Source: a virus. From it: DNA of 64,000 nt. The notes under the pieces were generated by a model. That model had not been told where the DNA came from, made no database searches, and was given only the letters and a program-made list of their open reading frames with translations. The DNA lies in IMG/VR virus record IMGVR_UViG_3300005529_000001, positions 144,882-208,881 of that record; one strand, 5' to 3'. The first letter of the stretch is position 1; each line of letters opens with the position of its first letter. The position numbers and the translations under genes were made by a program. Positions 8,609 to 17,234 of the stretch are shown here, in pieces.

Positions 8609-9103
8609 TTACGTATTCTTCTTGGACGGCAGCTTGAGCCGTCCTTCTGTTGCAGCCCTCTTCACCGCACCGATGACGTCCACCACTTGACCAGCTGCGC
8701 GTCGCGCGTCGATCTCAAATGGGTTGTCATAGTAGGGGTGAGCGTGCAAGCAGAACTTCAGTCCCACGTACGCTAGTCCGTAAAAGATGGGCAAGAAAAC
8801 GCCCAGCACCATGCCCTGACGTACGTGTTCCTGTTCGTGTCGCAGGGCCATGCGACCGTGGTGGGTGTCCAGGTTCCCGTTAAGAACGACGACGTTGCCG
8901 ATGGTGTGCCCCGCCCAGTGCCTCCACGAGTATCTCAACCAGCTGGGCATCAGGTCATTGTTGACAAACCAAACCAGCGCGTCATCTTTGCGACCCTCGT
9001 TGGTGTACCACCCAAGGACGGTGAATGCTGTGACGTAGATGAGGCCACACAACGTGAGCGGGAGGGCCCACAACCAGCCCAACGTCCGCCAAGGTTGCTT
9101 CAC
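8609..9103 (-). CDS. Hypothetical membrane protein
   Basis: Several hydrophobic helices (LGWLWALPLTLCGLIYVTAFTVLGW; VLGVFLPIFYGLAYVGL). Confidence 0.4.
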   Translation of the reverse strand: MKQPWRTLGWLWALPLTLCGLIYVTAFTVLGWYTNEGRKDDALVWFVNNDLMPSWLRYSWRHWAGHTIGNVVVLNGNLDTHHGRMALRHEQEHVRQGMVLGVFLPIFYGLAYVGLKFCLHAHPYYDNPFEIDARRAAGQVVDVIGAVKRAATEGRLKLPSKKNT

Positions 9104-9147
9104 ACCCCACCTCCCATACGGGTAGGTAGGCCAGTTCGTTCAATTGT

Positions 9148-9552
9148 TCACTTCGGAAGAATCACGTGTGGCACTCGTGACTTCCACTCAACGTACTCGC
9201 CAACAACCTTCTGGTGACGCTTGCGAAGCTGCTCAAACTTCTCAGTGAAGTCGACATTCAGGGCAACCCTCTCAACAAAGAGATCGTCCCAAGTAACCTT
9301 GGGCAACGCCACCTTCAGTTCCCAGAGGTTGGCACCTTCAATCGCACCAGGAGCGTCGTTGTAAAACGTGACAGTTGAGACCCCCTGGGGTGAATCGAAT
9401 TCAACGAGCGCCCCATCTATTGACAGCTTTTTGCCCTCTTGGCGAATGACGTCTTTCAAACCCTCGAGGTCGGCTGTCAGCGACCTGATGGTGCGATTGA
9501 GTTCCACTGCTTTGGCGATGGCCTGGCTCACGCGAGCGTTCTTGACCGGCAT
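9148..9552 (-). CDS. Hypothetical protein
   Basis: 134-aa ORF. GGAGG SD 5 nt upstream. Conserved 12-mer TTGTGGTAGACT upstream. Confidence 0.4.
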   Translation of the reverse strand: MPVKNARVSQAIAKAVELNRTIRSLTADLEGLKDVIRQEGKKLSIDGALVEFDSPQGVSTVTFYNDAPGAIEGANLWELKVALPKVTWDDLFVERVALNVDFTEKFEQLRKRHQKVVGEYVEWKSRVPHVILPK

Positions 9553-9594
9553 GGTGCCTCCACACCATCCAGTCTACCACAAATCATACATGAC

Positions 9595-9858
9595 TTACAC
9601 TGTCGGAACCCACTCCATTTTGGAGCGGTCGAAGCGCATGATGTGAGGCGGTTTCTTGCATATCAAGATGACATCTTTTGGAGCAACCATCGCTAGCTGG
9701 TAATCGAGCGGTAGCTCGAACGCAGGCAGGTCCTCCCATGTCTTCACTCCCTCTGGGATGGGAAACAGGTGGATGAGGTTGATGTATGCGTTTGGGTCGA
9801 TGAGAAGCAGCTGGCCTGGCGTGATCTTGACGATGGGAATCGTTGCTTTGGTGCTCAT
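9595..9858 (-). CDS. Hypothetical protein
   Basis: An internal Met start (MSTKATIP) abuts the FEN gene stop. The longer ORF would overlap FEN by 112 nt. Confidence 0.3.
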   Translation of the reverse strand: MSTKATIPIVKITPGQLLLIDPNAYINLIHLFPIPEGVKTWEDLPAFELPLDYQLAMVAPKDVILICKKPPHIMRFDRSKMEWVPTV

Positions 9859-10697
9859 TGTGGACCCCACAGAGGATCGAACGTTGCGACGAACTTGTCC
9901 CAAGTTGATTCCTTTAGCATGCTCTTGAAAGCCATCCCTTCGAACTCGGCCTTTATGAGCGTCCAATCACGTGGACAGCCCGATGACCGCATCTTCAACG
10001 CTTCTGCGTCAGACCACCTGTAGAACCTGATGAGCCTGACGTTACGGTCAGCGTGTTCAGCCAACGTGTTGTCCTTATCAAGGAAGTTCATCAGCTTGTG
10101 TGGGTCGCTCGCAAGCTCAGCGGCCCGCGTGTCTCCAACGCCCGGCAACCCCGGGATGTTGTCACTGCCGTCTCCCCTCAGAGACTTCCACACAACGTAG
10201 CTGTAACCCTCGGGAGGGCTGACATACTTTTTGGTGATCGGGTTGTAGAGCTTGACGTTGCCAAACTCCTGGAGCATCTGGATGAAATCGGTGTCAGTCG
10301 AGACCACAGTGAACTCGATCGCCGAGCTCGCTCGACAGACCAGATTATAGATCAGGTCGTCAGCCTCAAAATCGGGGTGTTGTACCACGGTGATCGGCAA
10401 CATGTGTGACAGGATGCGAACGATGATCTCGTTCTGCCGCCTGTAATCTTCCTCGCTACGCTTTCCCTCCTTGGGCTCATCACGCCCAATGCGGTTTGCC
10501 TTGTACGTGGGAAGCATGTCTAGCTGACGTTTTGGTGCGCCCTCCAACGTGAAATAGACCCGGGTCGGTTCCATCGTCTCAACCAATGACCGCAGGTTAC
10601 GGACAAAGTTGAAGACGACGTTAAAGTCACCCAACTGGAAGCCAGCGCGAGCACGGTACATGAAATTGTGCCCGTCAATGATCAGTACCTTGCTCAT
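9855..10697 (-). CDS. 5'-3' exonuclease / flap endonuclease (FEN, T4 RNase H / PolI 5'-exo family)
   Basis: MSKVLIIDGHNFMYRA (cf. LLLVDGSSLAYRA) and EADDLIYNL acidic motif. Several conserved Asp clusters. Confidence 0.75.
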   Translation of the reverse strand: MSKVLIIDGHNFMYRARAGFQLGDFNVVFNFVRNLRSLVETMEPTRVYFTLEGAPKRQLDMLPTYKANRIGRDEPKEGKRSEEDYRRQNEIIVRILSHMLPITVVQHPDFEADDLIYNLVCRASSAIEFTVVSTDTDFIQMLQEFGNVKLYNPITKKYVSPPEGYSYVVWKSLRGDGSDNIPGLPGVGDTRAAELASDPHKLMNFLDKDNTLAEHADRNVRLIRFYRWSDAEALKMRSSGCPRDWTLIKAEFEGMAFKSMLKESTWDKFVATFDPLWGPQ

Positions 10698-11032
10698 GTT
10701 CTCCCCAGCGGGTACTCCTTGTCGGGTACCATGTTTGTGTGTTCGGGTGGCCCAGAAACCACACCTTGTTCAGCGAACCTGCAACAGGGCCCATCACCTT
10801 GCGTGTTGTGGTCATATAGGACGGTCATGAAGTATCGCCCGTCAGCTTGCTTGCGAGCCCACCAGTCGATGCTGGGCATGATGTCCTTGCATGACGTTAC
10901 GTCAATGACGACTCCACGAGGCGTGACATCTACGACCCGGTGCGCCCATGTCCGGATACCAAAAGTGACAACGTCACCGACCTTGAACTTCCGTTGCGCC
11001 TTCTTGCGCTGGGCTCGGGTCAGGTTTCTCAC
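10694..11032 (-). CDS. Hypothetical protein (GTG start)
   Basis: 112 aa. The conserved 12-mer TTGTGGTAGACT lies 6 nt upstream of the GTG. Confidence 0.35.
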   Translation of the reverse strand: MRNLTRAQRKKAQRKFKVGDVVTFGIRTWAHRVVDVTPRGVVIDVTSCKDIMPSIDWWARKQADGRYFMTVLYDHNTQGDGPCCRFAEQGVVSGPPEHTNMVPDKEYPLGRT

Positions 11033-11068
11033 CAGACAAGTCTACCACAACCGGGGCGAAAATTACAC

Positions 11069-11356
11069 TTACTTGTTGCCAAGGGCGCTGGAGCGATCGA
11101 GGTCATGCAATACCTCATCAATGATTCCCATCGCCTGCCGTAAGCGGACATCGATCGTCGGTGTCGGCGGGATGCCTCTCAGAGCAGCATACCTCTTCAC
11201 GTCCTCGCGTGAAGCGAAAATCTTCTCCCATGCTGAAGCAAGTCGCGCCTGCAAGACATCGATGGGACCGTCAGGGATGTCACGTTTTCGGGCGGTGACC
11301 TCGAGCCGTGCCAGTGTGGCTTGTGAATCGTGCCGCAAAGCCTGTTCTCCGTTCAT
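11069..11356 (-). CDS. Hypothetical protein
   Basis: 95-aa ORF tiling the prevailing strand. Confidence 0.3.
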   Translation of the reverse strand: MNGEQALRHDSQATLARLEVTARKRDIPDGPIDVLQARLASAWEKIFASREDVKRYAALRGIPPTPTIDVRLRQAMGIIDEVLHDLDRSSALGNK

Positions 11357-12273
11357 GGCGTGCTCTTTTCCAACAGAGATCCGACAACACTCTGGCCCAG
11401 TTGTTCAGCGATCTGGTCAAGCGTCAGGTCACAGACCTCGTCGATCCAATCACCCACAACATAGAGGACACGACGGTCCTTCATCAAGCCAAACAAGATC
11501 GGGTCACGCTTGGCTGCTTTTTCAGCCTGCGTCTCAGCATAAGACTTGGCTTGGGGATCGTAATGAAGGACAGCATAGTTGTCAAAGATGCCCAGCTCGT
11601 TGGCGCGTTGCATCTTGGCGACGATGTTCTCTGGGATGGTTCGTCCAAAGTTGCGAACCCAATCCAATCGTAGGCCCTTCTTGGCTTGCTTGACGAACTT
11701 GACGACCGTCTCTTCGGTCAAGAACTTGGGCATGCCGAGAGCAACGAGCTGCGTCTCCATCCTGTAAGCATTGAGCCCGCCCTTCAGTTGCTCAACCAAG
11801 GCGTGTTGGCCCGCGGCCAAAGCGTTGGTGATGGCGCGGTCGTAACCCTTGGCTCGGGCTTCAACAACGCTGAGCTCCTCAGCGTTGTTTTTCAGGTGAC
11901 TGAAGAACTCCAGGATGGTAATGCCCGGGTTTTCCTCCGGGGACGGTGGGGGCGGAGGTGGCTTTCGCCAGAAGGCGAGCCTAGACCAGAAACCTGGTCC
12001 CTCTTTTTTAGAAGAGTCATATGGGACCATGCGAATGTTGAAGTCGCTGTTTAACGCGGTGCCCAAGTTGACGACTTGCGCCGGGCCCGCGGGATTTAAG
12101 ACGATACTCCCGTTCCACGGGTTCCCCATCATCACTTCGCCCTCGCTGTCCTCTAACGTGTCGTCATACTTCGACGTCTTGTCACGCTTCTTGCCCTTCT
12201 GGAACTTGGGCAACAGAGGATCAGTCACGAAGAACTCAAACACCTCGAGCTTGTTGTTGCGGATCATTGCCAC
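11353..12273 (-). CDS. Hypothetical protein
   Basis: 306 aa. 4-nt overlap with the downstream gene. Internal PPPPPP stretch. Confidence 0.4.
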   Translation of the reverse strand: MAMIRNNKLEVFEFFVTDPLLPKFQKGKKRDKTSKYDDTLEDSEGEVMMGNPWNGSIVLNPAGPAQVVNLGTALNSDFNIRMVPYDSSKKEGPGFWSRLAFWRKPPPPPPSPEENPGITILEFFSHLKNNAEELSVVEARAKGYDRAITNALAAGQHALVEQLKGGLNAYRMETQLVALGMPKFLTEETVVKFVKQAKKGLRLDWVRNFGRTIPENIVAKMQRANELGIFDNYAVLHYDPQAKSYAETQAEKAAKRDPILFGLMKDRRVLYVVGDWIDEVCDLTLDQIAEQLGQSVVGSLLEKSTP

Positions 12274-13412
12274 TCCAACGCATCGCGGTACTCGCGTGCG
12301 GTTTGCCTAATGTCCTCGTGCTGCTTTTTGTCCCACTCCCTACGCCTGCGATCGCGCTCCTCAAGGGAGAGCCGCCAGTCATCGCTATGGTAGTAGGGAC
12401 GCCGGCAACCGGGTCCCAGCTTCCACTCTTCGGCAAGGTCAGTCCACTGTTGTGCGGTGCGGTAGTTGTGCCTGTTGTGCTCGTTGGTTCGGATCTCAGC
12501 AACGAAGTCATCGCTGACCTCGCCGACGTCAGCCTCAAACTTGGGCGATGCCATGAAGATGATCGGTGGATTGCTGTAGCGATCTCCTTCTTTGCTGACG
12601 TAATAGAGATTTGGCTCTTCATTCCAGTAAAAGTTGCACCTCTCAAGCCACGTCATCTTGTCCCAGTTGCGGCAGACCTCCATGTACCGCTTCCGACCCG
12701 CTTTCCAGGTGTCAGAAGCGTATTCGAGATCATCAATGTCCTCGTCCGTCTGGTCGGCCTCTTTGTTCGAGGGCGGCATCTCAACGAAGGCAAACTGGAC
12801 CTTGGCACACCTCGGCCTCTTCACCCTGCCCAAAAAGAGGTGCAGCGTCTTGTCTTTCTTCCTGTAGATGTGGCCTACCTGTAACGTGCTCTCAGTCGGG
12901 GTCAGCCCCGCCTTTTGGGCAAGCTCGAATGCCTTCTTGTCGTTGGCACCGCGCAGCATCGACTGGTGCAGCTCGCCGTCAACAAGCACGAGGCGTACCT
13001 GGCTCCCCAACACGCCCCAGACGAAAGTGCCTGACACGATCCCCATTGGGAGGATACCCACCCGTTTCATCACCTCGAGGACCTGGTCTTCGCGGAGGTC
13101 AAACCTGCGGTTGTTGTCATCGATGACCTTGTAGGCTCGGCCACCCTCACTCCTGACGTGGAGGTCGGTGATGGTGATAGCGAAGGGCTCGTTGTCTCGG
13201 ACAATGACTTCGGGTTCGTGCTTGTCGTTGCTTCGCCAACCATAACCCCGTGCCCAACGTTTGGCTGTCTCGGGAGCTGTCTTCGACTCAGGGTTGTACG
13301 GGAAGGTGTCTCGTACCTCGATCTTCTCATCAACGATGTTGGTTGCTTTGCACTTGGGCCGCATGCAGTAAGCGACCCTATCGAGCAACCGACCGCCCTC
13401 GGGAGACTTCAT
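12264..13412 (-). CDS. Hypothetical protein
   Basis: 382 aa. Start preceded by GTGTTAGGGTGgtgac, the same 11-mer as upstream of 1500-2036. Confidence 0.4.
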   Translation of the reverse strand: MKSPEGGRLLDRVAYCMRPKCKATNIVDEKIEVRDTFPYNPESKTAPETAKRWARGYGWRSNDKHEPEVIVRDNEPFAITITDLHVRSEGGRAYKVIDDNNRRFDLREDQVLEVMKRVGILPMGIVSGTFVWGVLGSQVRLVLVDGELHQSMLRGANDKKAFELAQKAGLTPTESTLQVGHIYRKKDKTLHLFLGRVKRPRCAKVQFAFVEMPPSNKEADQTDEDIDDLEYASDTWKAGRKRYMEVCRNWDKMTWLERCNFYWNEEPNLYYVSKEGDRYSNPPIIFMASPKFEADVGEVSDDFVAEIRTNEHNRHNYRTAQQWTDLAEEWKLGPGCRRPYYHSDDWRLSLEERDRRRREWDKKQHEDIRQTAREYRDALEWQ

Positions 13413-13443
13413 GTCACCACCCTAACACGTCAGGGGGTGTTTT

Positions 13444-13860
13444 TCATACATTCATCAAAACACAACCCGCAACGATCATGATCCCGCCGAGAGCACGGAC
13501 CACGGTCATCGGTTCACCCAACAACAGCCACGCTAGCACGAAAGCGATGCCTGGGTAAACGCTGGTCAGTGACGCAACGACATTGACTGGCTTGTGTTCA
13601 AGCGCGAACATGAACGCATAGACCGCAATCAGACCAAGCACCGATGTCACTGTTGCCCAAAAGATGCCAGGACGCGTCCATGCAAACGTGTCACCACGCC
13701 ACTTCATCCACAAGAAAACGAGCGGAGCGACTGAGGAGTAAACATACAGCGTCACCAGCTGGACCAGCATCGGTGACATGTTGCGAACGGCGAGTTTTGA
13801 TGTGATGACCCACGTGCCCCAACCCAAAAGAGCGCACGCGATGTAAAACCAATCACGCAT
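13444..13860 (-). CDS. Small 4-TM membrane protein (DMT/EamA-like half-transporter fold)
   Basis: 138 aa with four predicted TM helices. N-terminus WFYIACALLGWGTWVITSKLAV. Confidence 0.4.
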   Translation of the reverse strand: MRDWFYIACALLGWGTWVITSKLAVRNMSPMLVQLVTLYVYSSVAPLVFLWMKWRGDTFAWTRPGIFWATVTSVLGLIAVYAFMFALEHKPVNVVASLTSVYPGIAFVLAWLLLGEPMTVVRALGGIMIVAGCVLMNV

Positions 13861-14186
13861 CAGATGTCCTTCAGTTTTTCACCGCCCAAGATGTGGAAAT
13901 GCAAGTGTTTCATCGTCTGGCCCGAATCTGAACCTACGTTGGTCACGATCCGGTAACCCTCCGGGAGGTTGATGTTGGCAAAGTGAGTGGCCAGCGACAG
14001 CATCCTTCCCGCGTGGACGAAATCACGTTGGCAGGTGGCATGGATGTCGGGGTCACAGTGACGGCCAATCGCCAGGTAATGCCTGGTAGCTGCTGGGTCT
14101 TTGGCACGGATGATGATCCCGACCTCGTTTGTGTCAAGGATCTCGGTTGAGATCTCTTTGTTCACGATCTTACAGAAGACGCACAT
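13860..14186 (-). CDS. HIT-family (histidine triad) nucleotide hydrolase/transferase
   Basis: CVFCKIV N-terminal motif and histidine triad HLHFHILGG. Confidence 0.7.
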   Translation of the reverse strand: MCVFCKIVNKEISTEILDTNEVGIIIRAKDPAATRHYLAIGRHCDPDIHATCQRDFVHAGRMLSLATHFANINLPEGYRIVTNVGSDSGQTMKHLHFHILGGEKLKDI

Positions 14187-14566
14187 CAGTTAACCTTCTT
14201 GGACGCCTCGGCCCGTTCTTTCTCAGTCACGCCCTCGCTCAGCTTGCCATGCCCAATGTTCCAGGTGCAACCCGCGGCTTCGCTGACAATCAAGCTCCAA
14301 AACTTGCCCTTGACCAGTTTCATCACATCACACAGCTCAGCATGGATGCCCGAAGCGTTGTACTCTTTCTTCTCTTCCTCGGACTTCGGAGCTCGATGGA
14401 TGGACAAAGCAACTACACACGCTGGGGACTCCTCGTACTCGAGGATCATGCACCGTGCTAGCGGGCCGACCGTCCACCCACGCCTGATCATCTTTGCACA
14501 CAAAGCTTCGGCAAAGTTCGTGTTTGACGTAGTAAACCAGACATACCAGATTGCTGACAAGTTCAC
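14186..14566 (-). CDS. Hypothetical protein
   Basis: 126-aa ORF. Stop/start overlap with neighbours. Confidence 0.35.
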   Translation of the reverse strand: MNLSAIWYVWFTTSNTNFAEALCAKMIRRGWTVGPLARCMILEYEESPACVVALSIHRAPKSEEEKKEYNASGIHAELCDVMKLVKGKFWSLIVSEAAGCTWNIGHGKLSEGVTEKERAEASKKVN

Positions 14567-15000
14567 CCCTGCTTCAAGTGATCAGTTGATGGCATCTCGT
14601 ATTGAGCCATTGCGACCTCACCCTGGAACGCTTTGCCGATGGCCTCGCTAATGAACATCTTGCGGTGGTAACGTTGTCGATAGTAAGCGGCATGAAAGAC
14701 CTCGGTCTCTCCCTCTTTCCTAGGAACCCTGACCAGGTGATCGATGCTCTTTCCCCAACCGCCAAAAGAAACGAAGTCATCGATGCTCAGCGTCCGGTAA
14801 CCGAGACCGCTGTAAGCCTTTTCCGTCAGTTGCCACTGGTCTAGCAACCTGTCAAAGCCGACGCACTCTCCCATGTAGATCATGGAGACAACGCTACCCA
14901 TCTCCGCGCCTGCAAGGACATACGCTTCGATGATCTCATCATCTCGGAAGACCCGGACGTCCTTGCCAAACCGGTTGCGCCACCACCGTTTGAGTCCCAT
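14563..15000 (-). CDS. Hypothetical protein
   Basis: 145-aa ORF with 4-nt overlaps on both sides. Confidence 0.35.
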   Translation of the reverse strand: MGLKRWWRNRFGKDVRVFRDDEIIEAYVLAGAEMGSVVSMIYMGECVGFDRLLDQWQLTEKAYSGLGYRTLSIDDFVSFGGWGKSIDHLVRVPRKEGETEVFHAAYYRQRYHRKMFISEAIGKAFQGEVAMAQYEMPSTDHLKQG

Positions 15001-15206
15001 CAGACTGCCTCACCGATCTCTTCATCGATCGCAGCACAAACGAGCTCACCAGCCGTGGCAGGCAAGCTGACTGCGACCTGGTCCTTGAGCCGGTACAGGC
15101 TCATGACGTGTCTCAGCTTCATCGTGTAAACTTGCCGAGCTCGCCGGCTCTCGCTCCAGATGAGCGCAAAGACCAGGAACCCGATCACCGCCACGATGAA
15201 GTGCAT
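15000..15206 (-). CDS. Small membrane protein
   Basis: 68 aa with one TM helix (HFIVAVIGFLVFALIW). TGTAGGGTTAGGC immediately upstream. Confidence 0.3.
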   Translation of the reverse strand: MHFIVAVIGFLVFALIWSESRRARQVYTMKLRHVMSLYRLKDQVAVSLPATAGELVCAAIDEEIGEAV

Positions 15207-15237
15207 GCCTAACCCTACAACGGGTTGCGCGCTTTTT

Positions 15238-15510
15238 TCAGGCGCTCTTCTTGGTGGGATGGCCCGCCATCTTCGACCAGACTTCGAATGGGACCATCTT
15301 GAGCGCTTTCAATGCCATGTCAGCAGCGTCTGCCCACGCCTCCACACCAGCTTGGTCGTTGATCTCGCCTGACTTGACCAAGTCAATGATGTGTTGCTGC
15401 ATGTGCTCGCGAACGGCTTCCTTCTTCATGTAATCAGGATGAGCAGCGATACGAGCTTCCTCTATCGCTTTCGCAAACATCTGGCGCAGCCTACCGACTG
15501 TCGTCCGCAT
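15238..15510 (-). CDS. Hypothetical protein, MKTT-family N-terminus
   Basis: MRTTVGRLRQMFAKAIEEA closely parallels MKTTVGNLKAMVAQVIAE (53690-54004). Confidence 0.4.
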   Translation of the reverse strand: MRTTVGRLRQMFAKAIEEARIAAHPDYMKKEAVREHMQQHIIDLVKSGEINDQAGVEAWADAADMALKALKMVPFEVWSKMAGHPTKKSA

Positions 15511-15525
15511 TCTCGTAAGTATCGA

Positions 15526-16068
15526 TCAGCCCTGCATGCTTTCGGGCACTTTGATGCTGTTTACCTTCACCCGTGTGCCATCGGGCATCTCAACCTCTAG
15601 CTTCTCGTTGTCAGCCTGGAGTTCAGCAGCGAGTTCAGCGAGTTCGGGGGGCGGGGCCTGAGGCCGCTTGGGTTGCTTCTTGGGCGGGGGCGGGACCCGG
15701 GTCTGCTTGATCTGTCCCGGCTCTGCGGGCTTCAGGGGCACGGGCATGTCCTCTGAATTTGTCTCCTCGAACCCAGAAGGGTACCACTCCTGTGCTTTAG
15801 CAACCGCAGCCTCTACCATCGTGTTGATCCCGCTGGTCGCTCGCTCTAAGAGAGCTCTCTGGACCTTGGCAGCGGAGTCGAAGAATTCCCCCTCGACCCT
15901 GTCAATCGCAACGGGTTCACCAGCTGACGGACCACCGCGGACCATGTAGGTGACAGCTTGGCCCTCGAGAGTCTTCCGAGACACCTCCTCGACGACCTGC
16001 ATCGGGTAGATCTTGGTCTCCTTGTGGAGGACCACATACAGGATCTGGCCGACACGGTAAGATGTCAC
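15526..16068 (-). CDS. Hypothetical protein
   Basis: 180-aa ORF with a Pro/Lys-rich C-terminus. Confidence 0.4.
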   Translation of the reverse strand: MTSYRVGQILYVVLHKETKIYPMQVVEEVSRKTLEGQAVTYMVRGGPSAGEPVAIDRVEGEFFDSAAKVQRALLERATSGINTMVEAAVAKAQEWYPSGFEETNSEDMPVPLKPAEPGQIKQTRVPPPPKKQPKRPQAPPPELAELAAELQADNEKLEVEMPDGTRVKVNSIKVPESMQG

Positions 16069-16550
16069 TTTCGCTTCCCCTTGGTCACAGCAGCCTGACG
16101 TGCGGGCTTTTTCCGTGTGGGCTTGGTGGGTTCAGGAGCACCCCCATCATCGTCATCACCAGGGTGGAAGTGAGGACCGGTCTCCGGCTCGTGAAAGAGA
16201 GCTGACGGGTCTCCGTCAGGGCCGAGCTGTTCCTCTTCACCCATGTCATCTGCGATCCTGATGACATCGAGGATGGGTGCACCCGTTGTCATGACAACAA
16301 AATCCGGCGCTTCCTTGTTGAGCGGGATGTTAGCGCTCTTACAGAGAGCTGACACCTCTGCCCATAGCTGGGTCTCAGCGATGGAACGCTGCTCGCTCGC
16401 GGCCAGTGCTTGGCTCACCGTCCGCGACCCGTCAGGAGGTAGCAAGACCGACAGCACGTCACGCAGGTGTAGCAGCTGCACCTTGGTTAGCAACAGCTCC
16501 CACGTAGGTTGGGGAGTCAGCTGGATTGGTTTGTCCTTCTTGGCCGGCAT
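16065..16550 (-). CDS. Hypothetical protein
   Basis: 161-aa ORF with a 4-nt overlap to the downstream gene. Confidence 0.35.
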   Translation of the reverse strand: MPAKKDKPIQLTPQPTWELLLTKVQLLHLRDVLSVLLPPDGSRTVSQALAASEQRSIAETQLWAEVSALCKSANIPLNKEAPDFVVMTTGAPILDVIRIADDMGEEEQLGPDGDPSALFHEPETGPHFHPGDDDDGGAPEPTKPTRKKPARQAAVTKGKRK

Positions 16551-16572
16551 GATGCGATCCTACTACACACGT

Positions 16573-16869
16573 TCACTCAGTGGGATCGGTCAGCGCCTCG
16601 ATGAACAGGTCAAAAGCGTCACGACGTTGGACTGCGTTCTGGAGCTTGATGATCCGCAGAGCGATCTGGAGCGTTTTCATGTCCAGCTTCTCTTTGTACT
16701 CTTCGATCAGCTCTTTCTTGTCCTGCTTGAGCGTCTCAATCTCGTTGTCGATGTTCTCAGCCTTGGTCATGAACTCCTTGACGAGTTCACGGAGAGCATT
16801 GAGCTCATCCGGCTGCATCTCAGCAATCGCCTTGTCAACCGTGGGTGCGTTTTTCTTTCCTCGTGCCAT
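16573..16869 (-). CDS. Hypothetical coiled-coil protein
   Basis: 98 aa with heptad-like charged repeats. AAAGTAGGGTGgcagc upstream of the ATG. Confidence 0.4.
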   Translation of the reverse strand: MARGKKNAPTVDKAIAEMQPDELNALRELVKEFMTKAENIDNEIETLKQDKKELIEEYKEKLDMKTLQIALRIIKLQNAVQRRDAFDLFIEALTDPTE

Positions 16870-16901
16870 GCTGCCACCCTACTTTGCGGAGCGCTAAAAG
16901 A

Positions 16902-17222
16902 TCACTCATTGCGGAACGGTGGGCAACACTGGCCTTCGTGGTTGTCAACGAGCCGACACAAGCCCATCTTTCCCTCAGAATCATAGACAGGCGAGTTGCA
17001 ACGTGGTGCCCGTTCCGCTTCCGGCGTCCAGTTGTCGATATGGATGTTCGGAGCTGACAAATCATTTTCTGCGCCGAACGTGATCGTTGCTCCAGTCACG
17101 TTCTGACCAGCTTTACGAAGCTGCTTGACGAACTCCGCCGCCAGACGATCAGCGTCAGTCGGGCTGCTGTTGTGGTGACACCCGATGCCCTTGATTACGA
17201 TGGACCAGTTTCCCATGGTCAC
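16902..17222 (-). CDS. Hypothetical protein
   Basis: 106-aa ORF on the prevailing strand. Confidence 0.35.
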   Translation of the reverse strand: MTMGNWSIVIKGIGCHHNSSPTDADRLAAEFVKQLRKAGQNVTGATITFGAENDLSAPNIHIDNWTPEAERAPRCNSPVYDSEGKMGLCRLVDNHEGQCCPPFRNE

Positions 17223-17234
17223 ATCTTACTTCGA

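Noticed and set aside
10668-11693. Long plus-strand ORFs overlapping the minus-strand gene array (e.g. 10668-11693 341 aa, 16243-16986, 19296-19907, 21926-22429, 27499-28158, 59207-60088, 60863-61657)
   Set aside because: High GC produces long spurious antisense ORFs. Their proteins are low-complexity R/S/P-rich with no motifs. They would disrupt the tight, motif-supported minus-strand tiling and lack upstream SD or promoter motifs.
15205-15245. GCGCGC-TTTTTT-CAGGCGC as a rho-independent terminator
   Set aside because: The T-tract is on the plus strand while both neighbouring genes are minus-strand. The stem is only a 4-bp self-complementary GCGC.
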